Source: Anaerolineales bacterium (lineage in GTDB: Bacteria; Chloroflexota; Anaerolineae; Anaerolineales; UBA11657). Taken from it: DNA of 42,402 bases. The stretch's first letter is position 1. Each line of letters starts with the position of its first letter. Positions 1-8,964 of this stretch are shown here, piece by piece. The stretch lies in contig DASCOB010000034.1 of assembly GCA_036011785.1 (NCBI GenBank), forward strand, positions 1 through 42,402. The letters run 5' to 3'. Under the pieces are notes generated by a model. The model saw only the letters and a list, made by a program, of their open reading frames with translations, searched no databases and had not been told where the DNA came from. The position numbers were made by a program, and so were the translations under genes.

Positions 1-484
1 CCACTCCCATCACGTTGTAATGCGGCACCGCTTTTTCAGCGCCATAGTAGGTCATGGCAAGGCAGCTGCTGCCGGGGTTGAACAGCGGCAGCGCGTGGCG
101 CACCATTGCGGTGAAGGAATAGCAGCTGATATCCAGCGCTACCCGGAATCCCTCCCGACTGGTGGCGTAGTAAGGCCCGTTCAGCTCGTCGCGGTTGGCG
201 AATGCCACGGAGTGAATAAGGATGTCGATGTTCCCCAGCTGTGCGCTTGCCTTGGCGAACAGTCTCTCGAGATCGTCATCGCCGCGGGAAAGGTCGCATT
301 GCTCGACGAAATCGGCGCCCACTTGTTCGGCTAGAGGGACGATGCGCCGCAGCAGCGCCGCGTTGGCATAACTGAAGGAAAGTTGCGCTCCTTCGCGGTG
401 CAACGCTTGGGCAATGCCCCAGGCGATTGAACGATTGTTTGCGACGCCGAAAACAAGCGCCTTCTTCCCTTCAAGGATTCCCAT
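1..484 (-). CDS. fabI: Enoyl-ACP reductase FabI (runs off the left edge)
   Basis: Not in the ORF track. Manual minus-strand translation from ATG 484 gives MGILEGKKALVFGVANNRSIAWGIA...IDILIHSVAFAN...DISCYSF...MTYYGAEKAVPHYNVMGV. TAATG overlap with the mpg stop. Confidence 0.93.
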   Translation of the reverse strand, partial: MGILEGKKALVFGVANNRSIAWGIAQALHREGAQLSFSYANAALLRRIVPLAEQVGADFVEQCDLSRGDDDLERLFAKASAQLGNIDILIHSVAFANRDELNGPYYATSREGFRVALDISCYSFTAMVRHALPLFNPGSSCLAMTYYGAEKAVPHYNVMGV

Positions 485-1095
485 TATCCGTTTGCCTCCT
501 TAGCGATCTGGTCTCGCAGCTTGAGATTCCATGGCAGCGACCGCCATGGCTCGGGGGTATCGCGCAGCCCTACCCGCGGGCGGGCAGCCGGGATTGTTTC
601 CGGGTAATCCGGCCCGTCGGCCAAGAACAGTCGCGCGTCCGCGGCGCACAGGTCGTATTCGTTCCAGGCACGGTCAATGCCAAAAGCCTGAGTCACTTTT
701 GCTGGGCCGTTTGTCAGTTCCGCAGGTGGCCGCTGTCGGCGCGCTCGCATGAGGGATAAGCCCTCTGTGGGCCGCAGCGCGCGCAGCAATACCGCCGCCG
801 GGAAACCCTCGTACTCGGTGACAAAATTCAACATCCAGTGTATTCCGTAGGTAAAACAGACGTATGCGCTGCCGGGCGGGCCGTAGAGTGGGGCGGTGCG
901 GGCAGTTTCCCCGGCGCGCGCGTGGCAGCCCAAATCGGTTTCGCCGATATAGGCTTCCACTTCCACAATGACGCCGGCCAGCCGAGTGCCATCCGCCTCC
1001 AGTTTAAGCAGCTGTTTTCCTAACGATTCCCGCGCCACTGTGAGGGTAGGGCGGGAGAAAAACGCGCGCGGCAACGGTGGAATGCGGGCTTTCAC
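484..1095 (-). CDS. mpg: 3-methyladenine DNA glycosylase (AAG/MPG family)
   Basis: Motifs IVEVEAYIG, YVCFTYGIHWMLN, AVLLRALRP, NGPAKVTQAFGI and PRVG. Confidence 0.92.
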   Translation of the reverse strand: MKARIPPLPRAFFSRPTLTVARESLGKQLLKLEADGTRLAGVIVEVEAYIGETDLGCHARAGETARTAPLYGPPGSAYVCFTYGIHWMLNFVTEYEGFPAAVLLRALRPTEGLSLMRARRQRPPAELTNGPAKVTQAFGIDRAWNEYDLCAADARLFLADGPDYPETIPAARPRVGLRDTPEPWRSLPWNLKLRDQIAKEANG

Positions 1096-2018
1096 GCTTT
1101 GAAACGCTCATCGGTGGCGATGGTGCGGCGCAAGCCTTCGGGCAGCGAGACGCGCGGCCGATAGCCCAACTTCTGTGCCGCTAGGGTCAGATCGGCGCAC
1201 ATCGCGTACACGCCGCCGCTTTCGCTGCTGTTGTAGAGCGGTTCCAGTGTGGTGTTCATGGCCGCGCCCACGACGGTCACCAGTTCGTTCAGACTGACTG
1301 CGGTTCCGCTGCCCACATTAATCACCAGGTGGCTGACGGTGCGCGCGGTTGAGGCTGCGCTGAGAGCATCTATCACGTCTGAGATGAAAACGTAATCGCG
1401 TGTCTGCGAGCCCTCGCCGTGCACAATCAGCGACCCGCCACCGGCGGCGCTTTTCAAAAAACGGGAGACCACCGGAGGGTGCGAGGCGGGAAGCGGCTGC
1501 CCGGGCCCATAGGCGTTGAACACGCGCAGCGCCACGGTCTCCAATCCCCACAGCGCGCCGATGGTGCGCACGTAGTATTCGGCCGATAGTTTGCTGACCG
1601 CGTAGGGTGAATCCGGTTTGGGTACGATGCTCTCGCGCAACGGTTGTTCGGTCTGCGCGCCGTACACGGCTCCGGAAGAGGTCAGCACCACGCGATTGAC
1701 GCCGGCATCGCGCATGGCCTCCATCACGCTGACCGTGCCGCCCACGTTTACGGCGTTATATTCGCGCGGATATAGCACCGATTGGGGTACTGATACGCGC
1801 GCCGCGAGATGATAAACGCACTCCACATCCTGGAGCAGCGTCCACAGTTTCGGGCGATCGTTCACGTCGCCACGCGTGAAGAGCACCTTGTCGTCAAGGC
1901 GCCCCGCGTCGCCGGCGGAAAGGTCGTCAATTACGCGCACTTCGTGTCCGGCTGCGGCGAGCCTGTTTGACAGCGCGCTTCCGAGGAAGCCGGCGCCGCC
2001 GGTTATCAGGAATCTCAA
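1092..2018 (-). CDS. NAD-dependent nucleotide-sugar epimerase/dehydratase (GalE/WbpP-like extended SDR)
   Basis: ITGGAGFLGS, HLAA, SSGAVYG, YAVSK (YxxxK), FNAYGP and RDYVFISD. GTGA overlap with mpg. Confidence 0.9.
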   Translation of the reverse strand: MRFLITGGAGFLGSALSNRLAAAGHEVRVIDDLSAGDAGRLDDKVLFTRGDVNDRPKLWTLLQDVECVYHLAARVSVPQSVLYPREYNAVNVGGTVSVMEAMRDAGVNRVVLTSSGAVYGAQTEQPLRESIVPKPDSPYAVSKLSAEYYVRTIGALWGLETVALRVFNAYGPGQPLPASHPPVVSRFLKSAAGGGSLIVHGEGSQTRDYVFISDVIDALSAASTARTVSHLVINVGSGTAVSLNELVTVVGAAMNTTLEPLYNSSESGGVYAMCADLTLAAQKLGYRPRVSLPEGLRRTIATDERFKA

Positions 2019-2058
2019 GTGATGCTCTCCCTATCTGCACGTCTGCTCAGGGGAAGTG

Positions 2059-2067
2059 ATTATAGCA
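2059..2067 (-). promoter_or_regulatory. Extended -10 promoter (TGCTATAAT) for the epimerase-mpg-fabI operon
   Basis: Perfect TGnTATAAT on the minus strand ~40 nt upstream of the start, followed by a GGGAGAG RBS. Confidence 0.65.
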
Positions 2068-2204
2068 TGTGTCCCTAAAAAACCAGATTTCCACTACAAT
2101 CTTCGCGTGGGTTTTCTCGGGCGTTCGTCGGGCGGGAGGCAAGATTGTTGCGGCGATACCAATCGGGTGCGGCTCCAATTGGGCGTCAGTTGCCGGAGAA
2201 TTCT

Positions 2205-2705
2205 GTGAGTGCCCCTCCGGGGGGTGAGCGCGGATGCACCCGGATTCTTTTCGTCTGCTTGGGCAACATCTGCCGTAGCCCGCTGGCGGAGGCTTTGTTC
2301 CTAAACCTTCTCGAACGACGTGGCCTCAGATGTGGATACATGGCGGCATCCGCCGGAACCGGAAACTGGCATGTGGGCGACCCTGCGGACAGCCGCATGC
2401 GCGCCACCGCGCGACGGCATGGACTCGAGCTGCGCGGGCGTGCGCAGCAGGTCAGCCCACAAGACTTTGATCGCTTCGACCTGATGCTGGCCATGGACCG
2501 GGCGAATCTGTCGCAACTGGGGCGCATGGCGCGCGATGATTCCGACCGCGCCCGTATCCGATTGCTGCGCGAATACGACCCGAAGGCTGGCTCTGAAATG
2601 GACGTGCCCGACCCGTACTTCGGCGGCGCGGATGGTTTTGAGCGCGTGTATGAAATGGTGGCGCGCGCGTGTGAGCACTTGTTGAGGGAACTCGAAGGGG
2701 AGTGA
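2205..2705 (+). CDS. Low-molecular-weight protein-tyrosine phosphatase family protein
   Basis: P-loop FVCLGNICRS, SAGTGNWHVG and DVPDPYFGG. GTG 2205 with a GGAG RBS is preferred over the TTG at 2145. Confidence 0.92.
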   Translation: MSAPPGGERGCTRILFVCLGNICRSPLAEALFLNLLERRGLRCGYMAASAGTGNWHVGDPADSRMRATARRHGLELRGRAQQVSPQDFDRFDLMLAMDRANLSQLGRMARDDSDRARIRLLREYDPKAGSEMDVPDPYFGGADGFERVYEMVARACEHLLRELEGE

Positions 2706-3556
2706 AACTTGCGGAGGGGCTGCAGCAATATCTGCGAGCGCAGAGCTGGGGCGCGGTTCAATCCGCCCGCCGGATTTCCGGCGGCAGCATCAACCGTGTG
2801 TTTCGGCTTGAGACCGAGCATGGGCCACCCGCGCTGCTGAAAACCAATCGCAGCAGCCCGCCCGATATGTTCGCGCGTGAGGCCGAAGGTCTGCAAGCGC
2901 TGCTGCAAGCCGGGGGAGTGCGTGTGCCGTCGGTGCATGCGCATGGCGATGACTGGCTGCTGATAGAGTATCTTCCGGACGCGGCGCGCTCGGCTGATTA
3001 CTGGGCCGTTCTCGGAGAGGGACTGGCGCGGTTGCACTCCACGGTGGAAGGGCGTTTCGGGTTTTCCAACGACAATTACATTGGCAGTACCGCGCAGCCG
3101 AATGCGTGGACGGAAGACGGGCTCGAGTTTTTCGCTGAATCACGGCTGCGCTTTCAGGGTCGGCTGGCGCGGGAGCGTGGATCACTCAGCGCGGGCGATT
3201 ACAGGCTGCTGGAGCGCGTGATTGAGCGCCTGCCGAATCTGGTCCCGGAGCAACCGGCCAGTCTGATCCATGGCGACTTGTGGGGCGGGAATGTGATTGT
3301 CGGTCCGCAGGGCGAGCCAGTGCTGGTGGATCCGGCGGCGCATTTCGGCTGGGCGGAGGCCGAGCTGGCGATGACCACTCTGTTTGGCCGATTCGAGCGC
3401 GAAGCCTACCAAGCGTACGAGCGCATCCGGGCGCTTGCGCCCGGATACATGCAGCGCGTTGATATCTACAATCTGTATCATCTGCTCAATCACCTAAATC
3501 TCTTCGGGCGCGGATACCTCGGGCAGGTTCAGGGCGTGCTGCGGCGTTATTGTTAG
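2702..3556 (+). CDS. Fructosamine/ketosamine-3-kinase family protein
   Basis: SGGSIN, EAEGL, FGFSNDNYIG, LIHGDLWGGN, DPA, EAELAM and YNLYHLLNHLNLFG. GTGA overlap with the phosphatase. Confidence 0.92.
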   Translation: MKLAEGLQQYLRAQSWGAVQSARRISGGSINRVFRLETEHGPPALLKTNRSSPPDMFAREAEGLQALLQAGGVRVPSVHAHGDDWLLIEYLPDAARSADYWAVLGEGLARLHSTVEGRFGFSNDNYIGSTAQPNAWTEDGLEFFAESRLRFQGRLARERGSLSAGDYRLLERVIERLPNLVPEQPASLIHGDLWGGNVIVGPQGEPVLVDPAAHFGWAEAELAMTTLFGRFEREAYQAYERIRALAPGYMQRVDIYNLYHLLNHLNLFGRGYLGQVQGVLRRYC

Positions 3557-3566
3557 AGAGTTTGGC

Positions 3567-5024
3567 TTAGGGCAGAGCGAAGTCCTGCCCGATGATGATG
3601 CGTACGTCCACCGGGCTGTTGGGGTCGCTCATGTCAATGATGCGCGCCGGCTGCACATCAAAATGTTCGGCCAGCCAGCGGGTGGTGTAGTAGCGCCCCG
3701 CGTAATCATAGATGATGGTGGCTTGGTAATTGAACTGGTCGGCGTTGCCGATGCTGACCACGTTGAAGCCGTTCTCGCCGAGGTAATCGGCCGTGGACTG
3801 CGCTATGCCGGTGCGCGCTGACCCGTTTTGCACTTCGATAGTGGCCTCTTCATCAACGGCCAACGCGGCCGGGTCGATGGTGGACTGTGGCTGTGGGGCC
3901 GGGTTGTAAAACATCTGCTCCCGCAGCGGGCGAAAGGCGCGCGCGTCCAGCAAAACCACCTGCGCCCCCTCCGCGGTCGTGAATTCGTTAATGATGTAAT
4001 CTGCGTCAATCACATCTGACTGGATGTCCTCCCGCTCGATTTCCTTGGCCATAGATATCAGGTCAACTATCTCCTCCAGGTTAAGGTCGGTGTCATAGCT
4101 GTCTGATAGGGCGGAATAAAGTTTTGGGGCGCGAGCTATCAATGTGGGCAGCATCTCCAGGCTGAGCACTTGGTCGCGCACTGCCAGAAGCACCTGCTGC
4201 TGCCTTGCCGCGCGGTCGAAATCGGCCCCAAAGGTGGCACGCGTTCGGGTGTATTTCAGCGCGGTACTTCCGTCCATTTGCCGGCGTCCGGCGGAAATGT
4301 AGAAAGGGTCATAGCCGTCGCAGCAATCCGGATAGCGCGGGTCATCGATTGTCTGCGGCACGTCGATTTCGATGCTACCAATCTCGTCGATGAGCGTTTC
4401 AAAGGCGGTGAAATTAATGCGCACATAATGATCTACCTGTATGCCTAGGCTCGCGCTGACGGTATCCATCGCGAGGGCTGGCCCGCCACCGGGCAGCCGG
4501 AAGGCATCCCCTTTGAAATTGGCGGTGTTGATGCGGTCTCGGCCCTCAAAGCCGGGAATGGTCACCCACAGGTCGCGCGGTATCGATAACATTCCGGCGG
4601 TGTTGCCAACCGGGTCTACCGTGACTAGCATCATGGTGTCGGTGCGGAAAGCGCGTTCATCTTCCATGCCGGCGCGTTGATCAATACCCATCAACAGTAC
4701 CGTGGTGCGCAAACCGGTGGCCACCGGGACCACCGTTCCGACAATTTCTACGCTGCCGGATGGAGTAGCAGCTTGGCTATCGTCGGTGGCTTTTTCCGTC
4801 GGTGGAACCGAGGTGAGTGCTGCTGGCTGACCGCTAATCAGACCTGACCCATCGGCGCGCCCGCGGTTGGCGGTCCACTCCTTAACGGTCGCGTAGACCA
4901 TGTAGCTGGCGAAGGCCGCCGCTGTTACGAAGAACACCAGCAGAGTCGCTACGGCCCAATTTGGGAGGCCGGGAGAATCTTCCTGCGGATTACGCGTGCC
5001 GTTTGGTCTGCCTGAAAAGGACAT
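3567..5024 (-). CDS. LCP (LytR-CpsA-Psr) glycopolymer transferase with C-terminal LytR_C domain
   Basis: N-terminal TM helix, LLMGID, RTDTMML, LSIPRDLWV, RINTA, DFDRAARQQQVL. C-terminal IEVQNGSARTGIA...DVRIIIGQDF. Confidence 0.92.
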   Translation of the reverse strand: MSFSGRPNGTRNPQEDSPGLPNWAVATLLVFFVTAAAFASYMVYATVKEWTANRGRADGSGLISGQPAALTSVPPTEKATDDSQAATPSGSVEIVGTVVPVATGLRTTVLLMGIDQRAGMEDERAFRTDTMMLVTVDPVGNTAGMLSIPRDLWVTIPGFEGRDRINTANFKGDAFRLPGGGPALAMDTVSASLGIQVDHYVRINFTAFETLIDEIGSIEIDVPQTIDDPRYPDCCDGYDPFYISAGRRQMDGSTALKYTRTRATFGADFDRAARQQQVLLAVRDQVLSLEMLPTLIARAPKLYSALSDSYDTDLNLEEIVDLISMAKEIEREDIQSDVIDADYIINEFTTAEGAQVVLLDARAFRPLREQMFYNPAPQPQSTIDPAALAVDEEATIEVQNGSARTGIAQSTADYLGENGFNVVSIGNADQFNYQATIIYDYAGRYYTTRWLAEHFDVQPARIIDMSDPNSPVDVRIIIGQDFALP

Positions 5025-5067
5025 TTATGCTGCTTGGCGGCCATCAGAGCTGGGCCGGGAACAAGCA

Positions 5068-5076
5068 AGTATAGCA
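5068..5076 (-). promoter_or_regulatory. Extended -10 promoter (TGCTATACT) for the LCP gene
   Basis: TGnTAnnnT match 43 nt upstream of the ATG. Confidence 0.5.
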
Positions 5077-5141
5077 CGCTGCTGACAGGGTGAAAGCAGC
5101 TTCCGCCGGTTGCCCGCCAGCGGACGCTAATCAATAATCCT

Positions 5142-5303
5142 CCCGGGATTGATCACATCAGTTTTTTTGGTCACTGACGTGGATCAGCCGCATGCTGAAC
5201 TGAAGGCGAAAGGGGTTGAATTCTCAGGCGAGCCAGCCAACCAGTGGGGCTTGAAGACCCGGACGGGAATAATCTGTATTTGTTGACGTACGGCGGAACG
5301 TGA
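5142..5303 (+). pseudogene. VOC/glyoxalase-family C-terminal remnant
   Basis: Reads PGIDHISF, frameshift in a T7 run, then LVTDVDQPHAELKAKGVEFSGEPANQWG, a second shift/deletion, then EDPDGNNLYLLTYGGT*. Confidence 0.75.
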
Positions 5304-5314
5304 ACAGTGACGCT

Positions 5315-5452
5315 TTACGTTTTACGCTTTGCCAGTCCTTCTTCCAGTTGTTGTAACCATGTGATGATCGCTGCACGGTCGCTGATGTCGCGGGCGTTGA
5401 TGCGCACGTTCAGCGGTGAGCAGCGCGGCGCGCGCCAGCTGAGCACCCGCTA
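5315..5452 (-). pseudogene. Diverged, frameshifted copy of the ftcd 3' end (cyclodeaminase C-terminus)
   Basis: AGAQLARAALLTA / LNVRINARDISDRAAIITWLQQLEEG versus intact FTCD AGAHLARSALRIAALNVRINARDVNDQDAAAQWLRQL. Confidence 0.85.
5391..5415 (+). repeat. 25-bp direct repeat, copy 1 (copy 2 at 11238-11262)
   Basis: cgggcgttgatgcgcacgttcagcg is identical at both sites. acgttttacgctt is also shared at 5317-5329 and 11141-11153. Confidence 0.9.
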
Positions 5453-5589
5453 CCCTGATAGTGTCCGTGGGCCGGCTGTCCTTCTTGTGCAAATGGCAAC
5501 GGCCTTGGCTAATCTGTCGCCACCTTACAGGAGGCGACAAAAGGTAAAAAAAACAATCAAGAGTGTCGCACCACTATGATATTATTAAC

Positions 5590-5778
5590 GCAACCTTAGA
5601 GGCGGCATCAGCGCAAGCCTTGGAGAAGGCAATAGTGAGATTATTGGATAACCCCGAATGTGCCAGTGCTATGGGCAAGGCTGGGCAGGCACGCGCTCGA
5701 GACGAATTTGATGTGACACGCATGGTTTCCGAGACTTGTGACGTGTATCGCAGGCTTTTGGAAAATGCGTCTCATTGA
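5590..5778 (+). pseudogene. GT4 (GT-B) glycosyltransferase C-terminal remnant
   Basis: ALEKAIVRLLDNPECASAMGKAGQARARDEFDVTRMVSETCDVYRRLL is a typical GT4 tail. The rest of the gene is missing. Confidence 0.75.
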
Positions 5779-5876
5779 GATTGGGTACAGCTTGTCTAGT
5801 CGACACGAGCACACTCTTGCTAGAAATTGTCTTCACAACATCGTGTGGACCAGGTGATGGTTCCATTACAAATCCC

Positions 5877-6662
5877 ATGTTTGAGTTGTCCATAGTAATT
5901 CCAATTCATAACGAGTCCAGGAACATCATTAGAACGCTTCAAGAGTTGAATGACAACGTCCGGGTAACTCACGAGATAATCTGCGTGTATGATTTTGATG
6001 AAGACACAACAATTCCTGTTATCCAAGAATTAATGACAACATATGACAATTTGCGTTCGGTAAAAAATATTATTGCCCTCGGTCCTTCTGGAGCACTCCG
6101 GACGGGTTTCTTAGAATCATGTGCACCTTATGTGTTGGTAGTGATGGCTGATCTATGTGATGATTTTTCTCAGATCTCGACTTTGTTGAGTTTAGTGGGC
6201 GAGGGGGCGGTAGATATTGTTTCTCCTTCAAGGTATTGCAAAGGGGGAGAGCAGAGATTGGATAATGCCACCAAAGCGTTTTTGCCCCGTGCCGCTGGAC
6301 GTTTGTTGAAATTTTTCTGTGATATCGGTACATTAGACCCCACAAATAGCTACAAGCTTTATTCCAAGAGAGTTTTAGAGCATTTGCGTTTAAGTAGTAC
6401 TGTTAGCTTTAGCGTTACCCTAGAGATTGTGGCCAAGGCACATTGTCTCGGATACAGAATAGCGGAGGTCCCAACTGTATGGAAAGACCGCGTTTTTGGA
6501 CAATCTGGGTTTAATGTGTTACGTTCAGTGCCAGCCTATTTGAAATGGTTTTCACTTTCATTGTTGAATAATCGATTGTTTGTTCTTCCCAACACATGGT
6601 TCCGCTATCTGTTTTGTTTGGAGACAGATAATAGTTCGATCCGAGAAATCAAGAGTGATTAA
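5877..6662 (+). CDS. GT2 glycosyltransferase, DPM1/polyprenol-phosphate glycosyltransferase-like
   Basis: LSIVIPIHNE, VYDFDEDTT, GPSGALRTG, MADLCD, SRYCKGG, DPTNSYKLY and EVPTVWKDRVFGQS. ATG 5877 is preferred over 5775. Confidence 0.88.
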   Translation: MFELSIVIPIHNESRNIIRTLQELNDNVRVTHEIICVYDFDEDTTIPVIQELMTTYDNLRSVKNIIALGPSGALRTGFLESCAPYVLVVMADLCDDFSQISTLLSLVGEGAVDIVSPSRYCKGGEQRLDNATKAFLPRAAGRLLKFFCDIGTLDPTNSYKLYSKRVLEHLRLSSTVSFSVTLEIVAKAHCLGYRIAEVPTVWKDRVFGQSGFNVLRSVPAYLKWFSLSLLNNRLFVLPNTWFRYLFCLETDNSSIREIKSD

Positions 6663-6664
6663 TC

Positions 6665-7453
6665 ATGCCTGACGTGGATTTTGTCATTTTAGGTGGCACC
6701 GGCTTTGTGGGCTCGGAATTGTGCTCATGTTTGAAGCACAATGGTGCATCTGTTCTGGCGATAGATTCAAGAAACTACATTAGGCATCGCGGCACTAGTG
6801 CAGATGTTCTCGTCAACTGTAATGGCAACGCCTTTCGTTTCAAAGCCAACCAAAACCCAACTTGGGATTTCGAAGCAAGTGTCATTACTGTCGAACAATC
6901 TCTATCTGATTTTGTGGTGCAGTTGTATGTTTACATTTCTACAGTAGATGTATACAACATACTAATGGATCCCGAACAGAACCATGAAGCGTATCCAATC
7001 CGCCCTGAGAAACTTGATTATTATGGATTCAACAAATGGATTGCTGAACGGTTGGTCGAAAAGTATGCGAAACGCTCCTTGATCTTACGTTTGGGGTCGG
7101 TTATTGGCAATGGTATGCAGAAGGGTCCGCTGTATGACCTGTTGAACGCGAAACCACTGCACATGTCTCTGGATTCGGAACTTTCTTTTATCGATACATC
7201 TACTATCGCTAGAGTCATCAGTGTGATTGTCGCGATGGGCTTATCAGGAGAGATCATCAACCTTACGGGTACTGGGTCAGCCAAGTTACGAGACCTTTCG
7301 AGCATGCTTCCATCCTCGGTTCAGTTTGGGTCTGGCGCACATACCGTAACGCATCGGTACAACATCAACAACACCAAGATTCGTGGAATAATGCCAATAC
7401 CTACCTCTTTGGAGGTTGCAAAGCATTATGTGGGCGATCAGACAATAAGGTAG
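6665..7453 (+). CDS. NAD-dependent NDP-sugar reductase/epimerase (extended SDR)
   Basis: ILGGTGFVGS, YISTVDVY, YGFNK (YxxxK) and LILRLGSVIG. Confidence 0.82.
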   Translation: MPDVDFVILGGTGFVGSELCSCLKHNGASVLAIDSRNYIRHRGTSADVLVNCNGNAFRFKANQNPTWDFEASVITVEQSLSDFVVQLYVYISTVDVYNILMDPEQNHEAYPIRPEKLDYYGFNKWIAERLVEKYAKRSLILRLGSVIGNGMQKGPLYDLLNAKPLHMSLDSELSFIDTSTIARVISVIVAMGLSGEIINLTGTGSAKLRDLSSMLPSSVQFGSGAHTVTHRYNINNTKIRGIMPIPTSLEVAKHYVGDQTIR

Positions 7454-7637
7454 TTGTGAAAATGCAAATGCAACAGTGTTTTTTACGGATGTTTAAGTAA
7501 AGCATGCGGGATTTTTCTCTTTGAAACTGTCATGAGGAATTGTGAACTAATTTTCATGGACTGTCCACATCGCGAATACGACAACATGGATTTTAGAAAC
7601 AAAACGGTTGTCAATTTCTGGTCCAGTGAATGATATC

Positions 7638-8888
7638 ATGGGGAAATATAGACGAAATGATTGTAGATATTGCGGTTCAAAAAACCTATCACCAATCCTA
7701 AATCTTGGCTCACAACCGCCATCCAATAGCTTTATCACATTAGATGAAGTTCAGAGTGAAAAATATTATCCACTAGAATTATTCCTTTGTAATGGCTGTT
7801 CACTGGTTCAGTTGCTAGATGTTATTTCGGCCCAAGAATTATTCGATGATTATCATTATCTTTCTTCTAGCTCTGGCGCTTTGGTGATGCATTTTAAGGA
7901 ACTGACCAAAATGCTGGCAACAGAATATGGGTTAGAAGATGGCAATCTGGTCGTAGACATTGGATGCAATGATGGAATTACTTTGAATGCTTATGAAGTG
8001 CCAGGGTTAGTACGTGTGGGAGTTGAGCCATCACGAGTATCACAAATGGCAAGAAATGCAGGATTAGATGTTATAGGAAGTTTCTTTAATGCCGATATTT
8101 CCAAACAAATAATAGCCAAATACGGACAAGCTAGAGTAATTACAGCAACTAATGTGTTTGCTCATGTTGACGACATGCATTCATTTATTGCTGGCATACA
8201 CCCATTATTATGTGATGATGGTGTATTTGTTGTTGAAGTCGCATATCTTATTGATCTAATAGACAACAACCTATTTGACACAATTTACCATGAACACCTT
8301 TGTTATCTGAGTTTATTACCTGTTTCCAAATTTCTTAAACAATATAATTTGCTAATATTCCATGTAGAAAGACTGTCCGTTGGTCCATCTGGGCCGGCAA
8401 TAAGGTTTCACATAAAGAAGTCTAGTTCTTCAAGGGAAATTTCCGAATCCGTTGCTGATTTAGCATCCGATGAAGTCAAATGGGGAGTCACCAATCTCCA
8501 GAACTACAAACAATTTGCGAACAGGGTTAAAGAATTGAAAACAAATACATGCGCTATATTAAACAACCTCAAGGATCAAGGCTTCCGAATTGGTGCATTT
8601 GGAGCGCCCGCCAAGGGTAATACACTGTTGAACTATTATGGGTTAAGTACAGAGATTATTGACTGTATTGCTGATAACACCGTGTTAAAGCAAGGGAAGA
8701 TAACACCTGGCTCTCATATATCAATTGTGAGTGACGATGAATTCTTGGAAAAGATGCCTGAATATGCCTTATTGCTCACATGGAACTATTTGGACTTTTT
8801 CTTGGAGCATAGCCAATACATAAAAGAAGGCGGTCGGTTTATTGTGCCGTTTCCAATTCCTAGGATAATGCCATCAATACCATCTTAG
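7638..8888 (+). CDS. NDP-hexose C-methyltransferase (Zn-binding, class I SAM-dependent)
   Basis: CRYC...LGSQPPSNSF...YPLELFLCNGCSLVQL, DIGCNDG, NVFAHV, FDTIYHEHLCY, GAPAKGNTLLN and KQGKITPGSHI. Confidence 0.9.
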   Translation: MGKYRRNDCRYCGSKNLSPILNLGSQPPSNSFITLDEVQSEKYYPLELFLCNGCSLVQLLDVISAQELFDDYHYLSSSSGALVMHFKELTKMLATEYGLEDGNLVVDIGCNDGITLNAYEVPGLVRVGVEPSRVSQMARNAGLDVIGSFFNADISKQIIAKYGQARVITATNVFAHVDDMHSFIAGIHPLLCDDGVFVVEVAYLIDLIDNNLFDTIYHEHLCYLSLLPVSKFLKQYNLLIFHVERLSVGPSGPAIRFHIKKSSSSREISESVADLASDEVKWGVTNLQNYKQFANRVKELKTNTCAILNNLKDQGFRIGAFGAPAKGNTLLNYYGLSTEIIDCIADNTVLKQGKITPGSHISIVSDDEFLEKMPEYALLLTWNYLDFFLEHSQYIKEGGRFIVPFPIPRIMPSIPS

Positions 8889-8964
8889 ACCGCATTTACT
8901 ATAGGCATTTTTCCGTTTAACCTACCCTTTTACCCCATATTCAGGTAAGCAACAGCAAACTTCA

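Noticed and set aside
20-334. 104-aa plus-strand ORF (and 427-759)
   Set aside because: Antisense shadows of fabI and mpg, which carry the real motifs.
2186-3037. 283-aa minus-strand ORF
   Set aside because: Antisense to the LMW-PTP and kinase genes, with no motifs. Typical high-GC shadow ORF.
5307-5579. 90-aa and 72-aa ORFs at the island edge
   Set aside because: Explained by the frameshifted ftcd remnant.
7540-7557. Rex-like TTGTGAACTAATTTTCAT upstream of the C-methyltransferase
   Set aside because: Poor right half-site in very AT-rich DNA where chance matches are expected.
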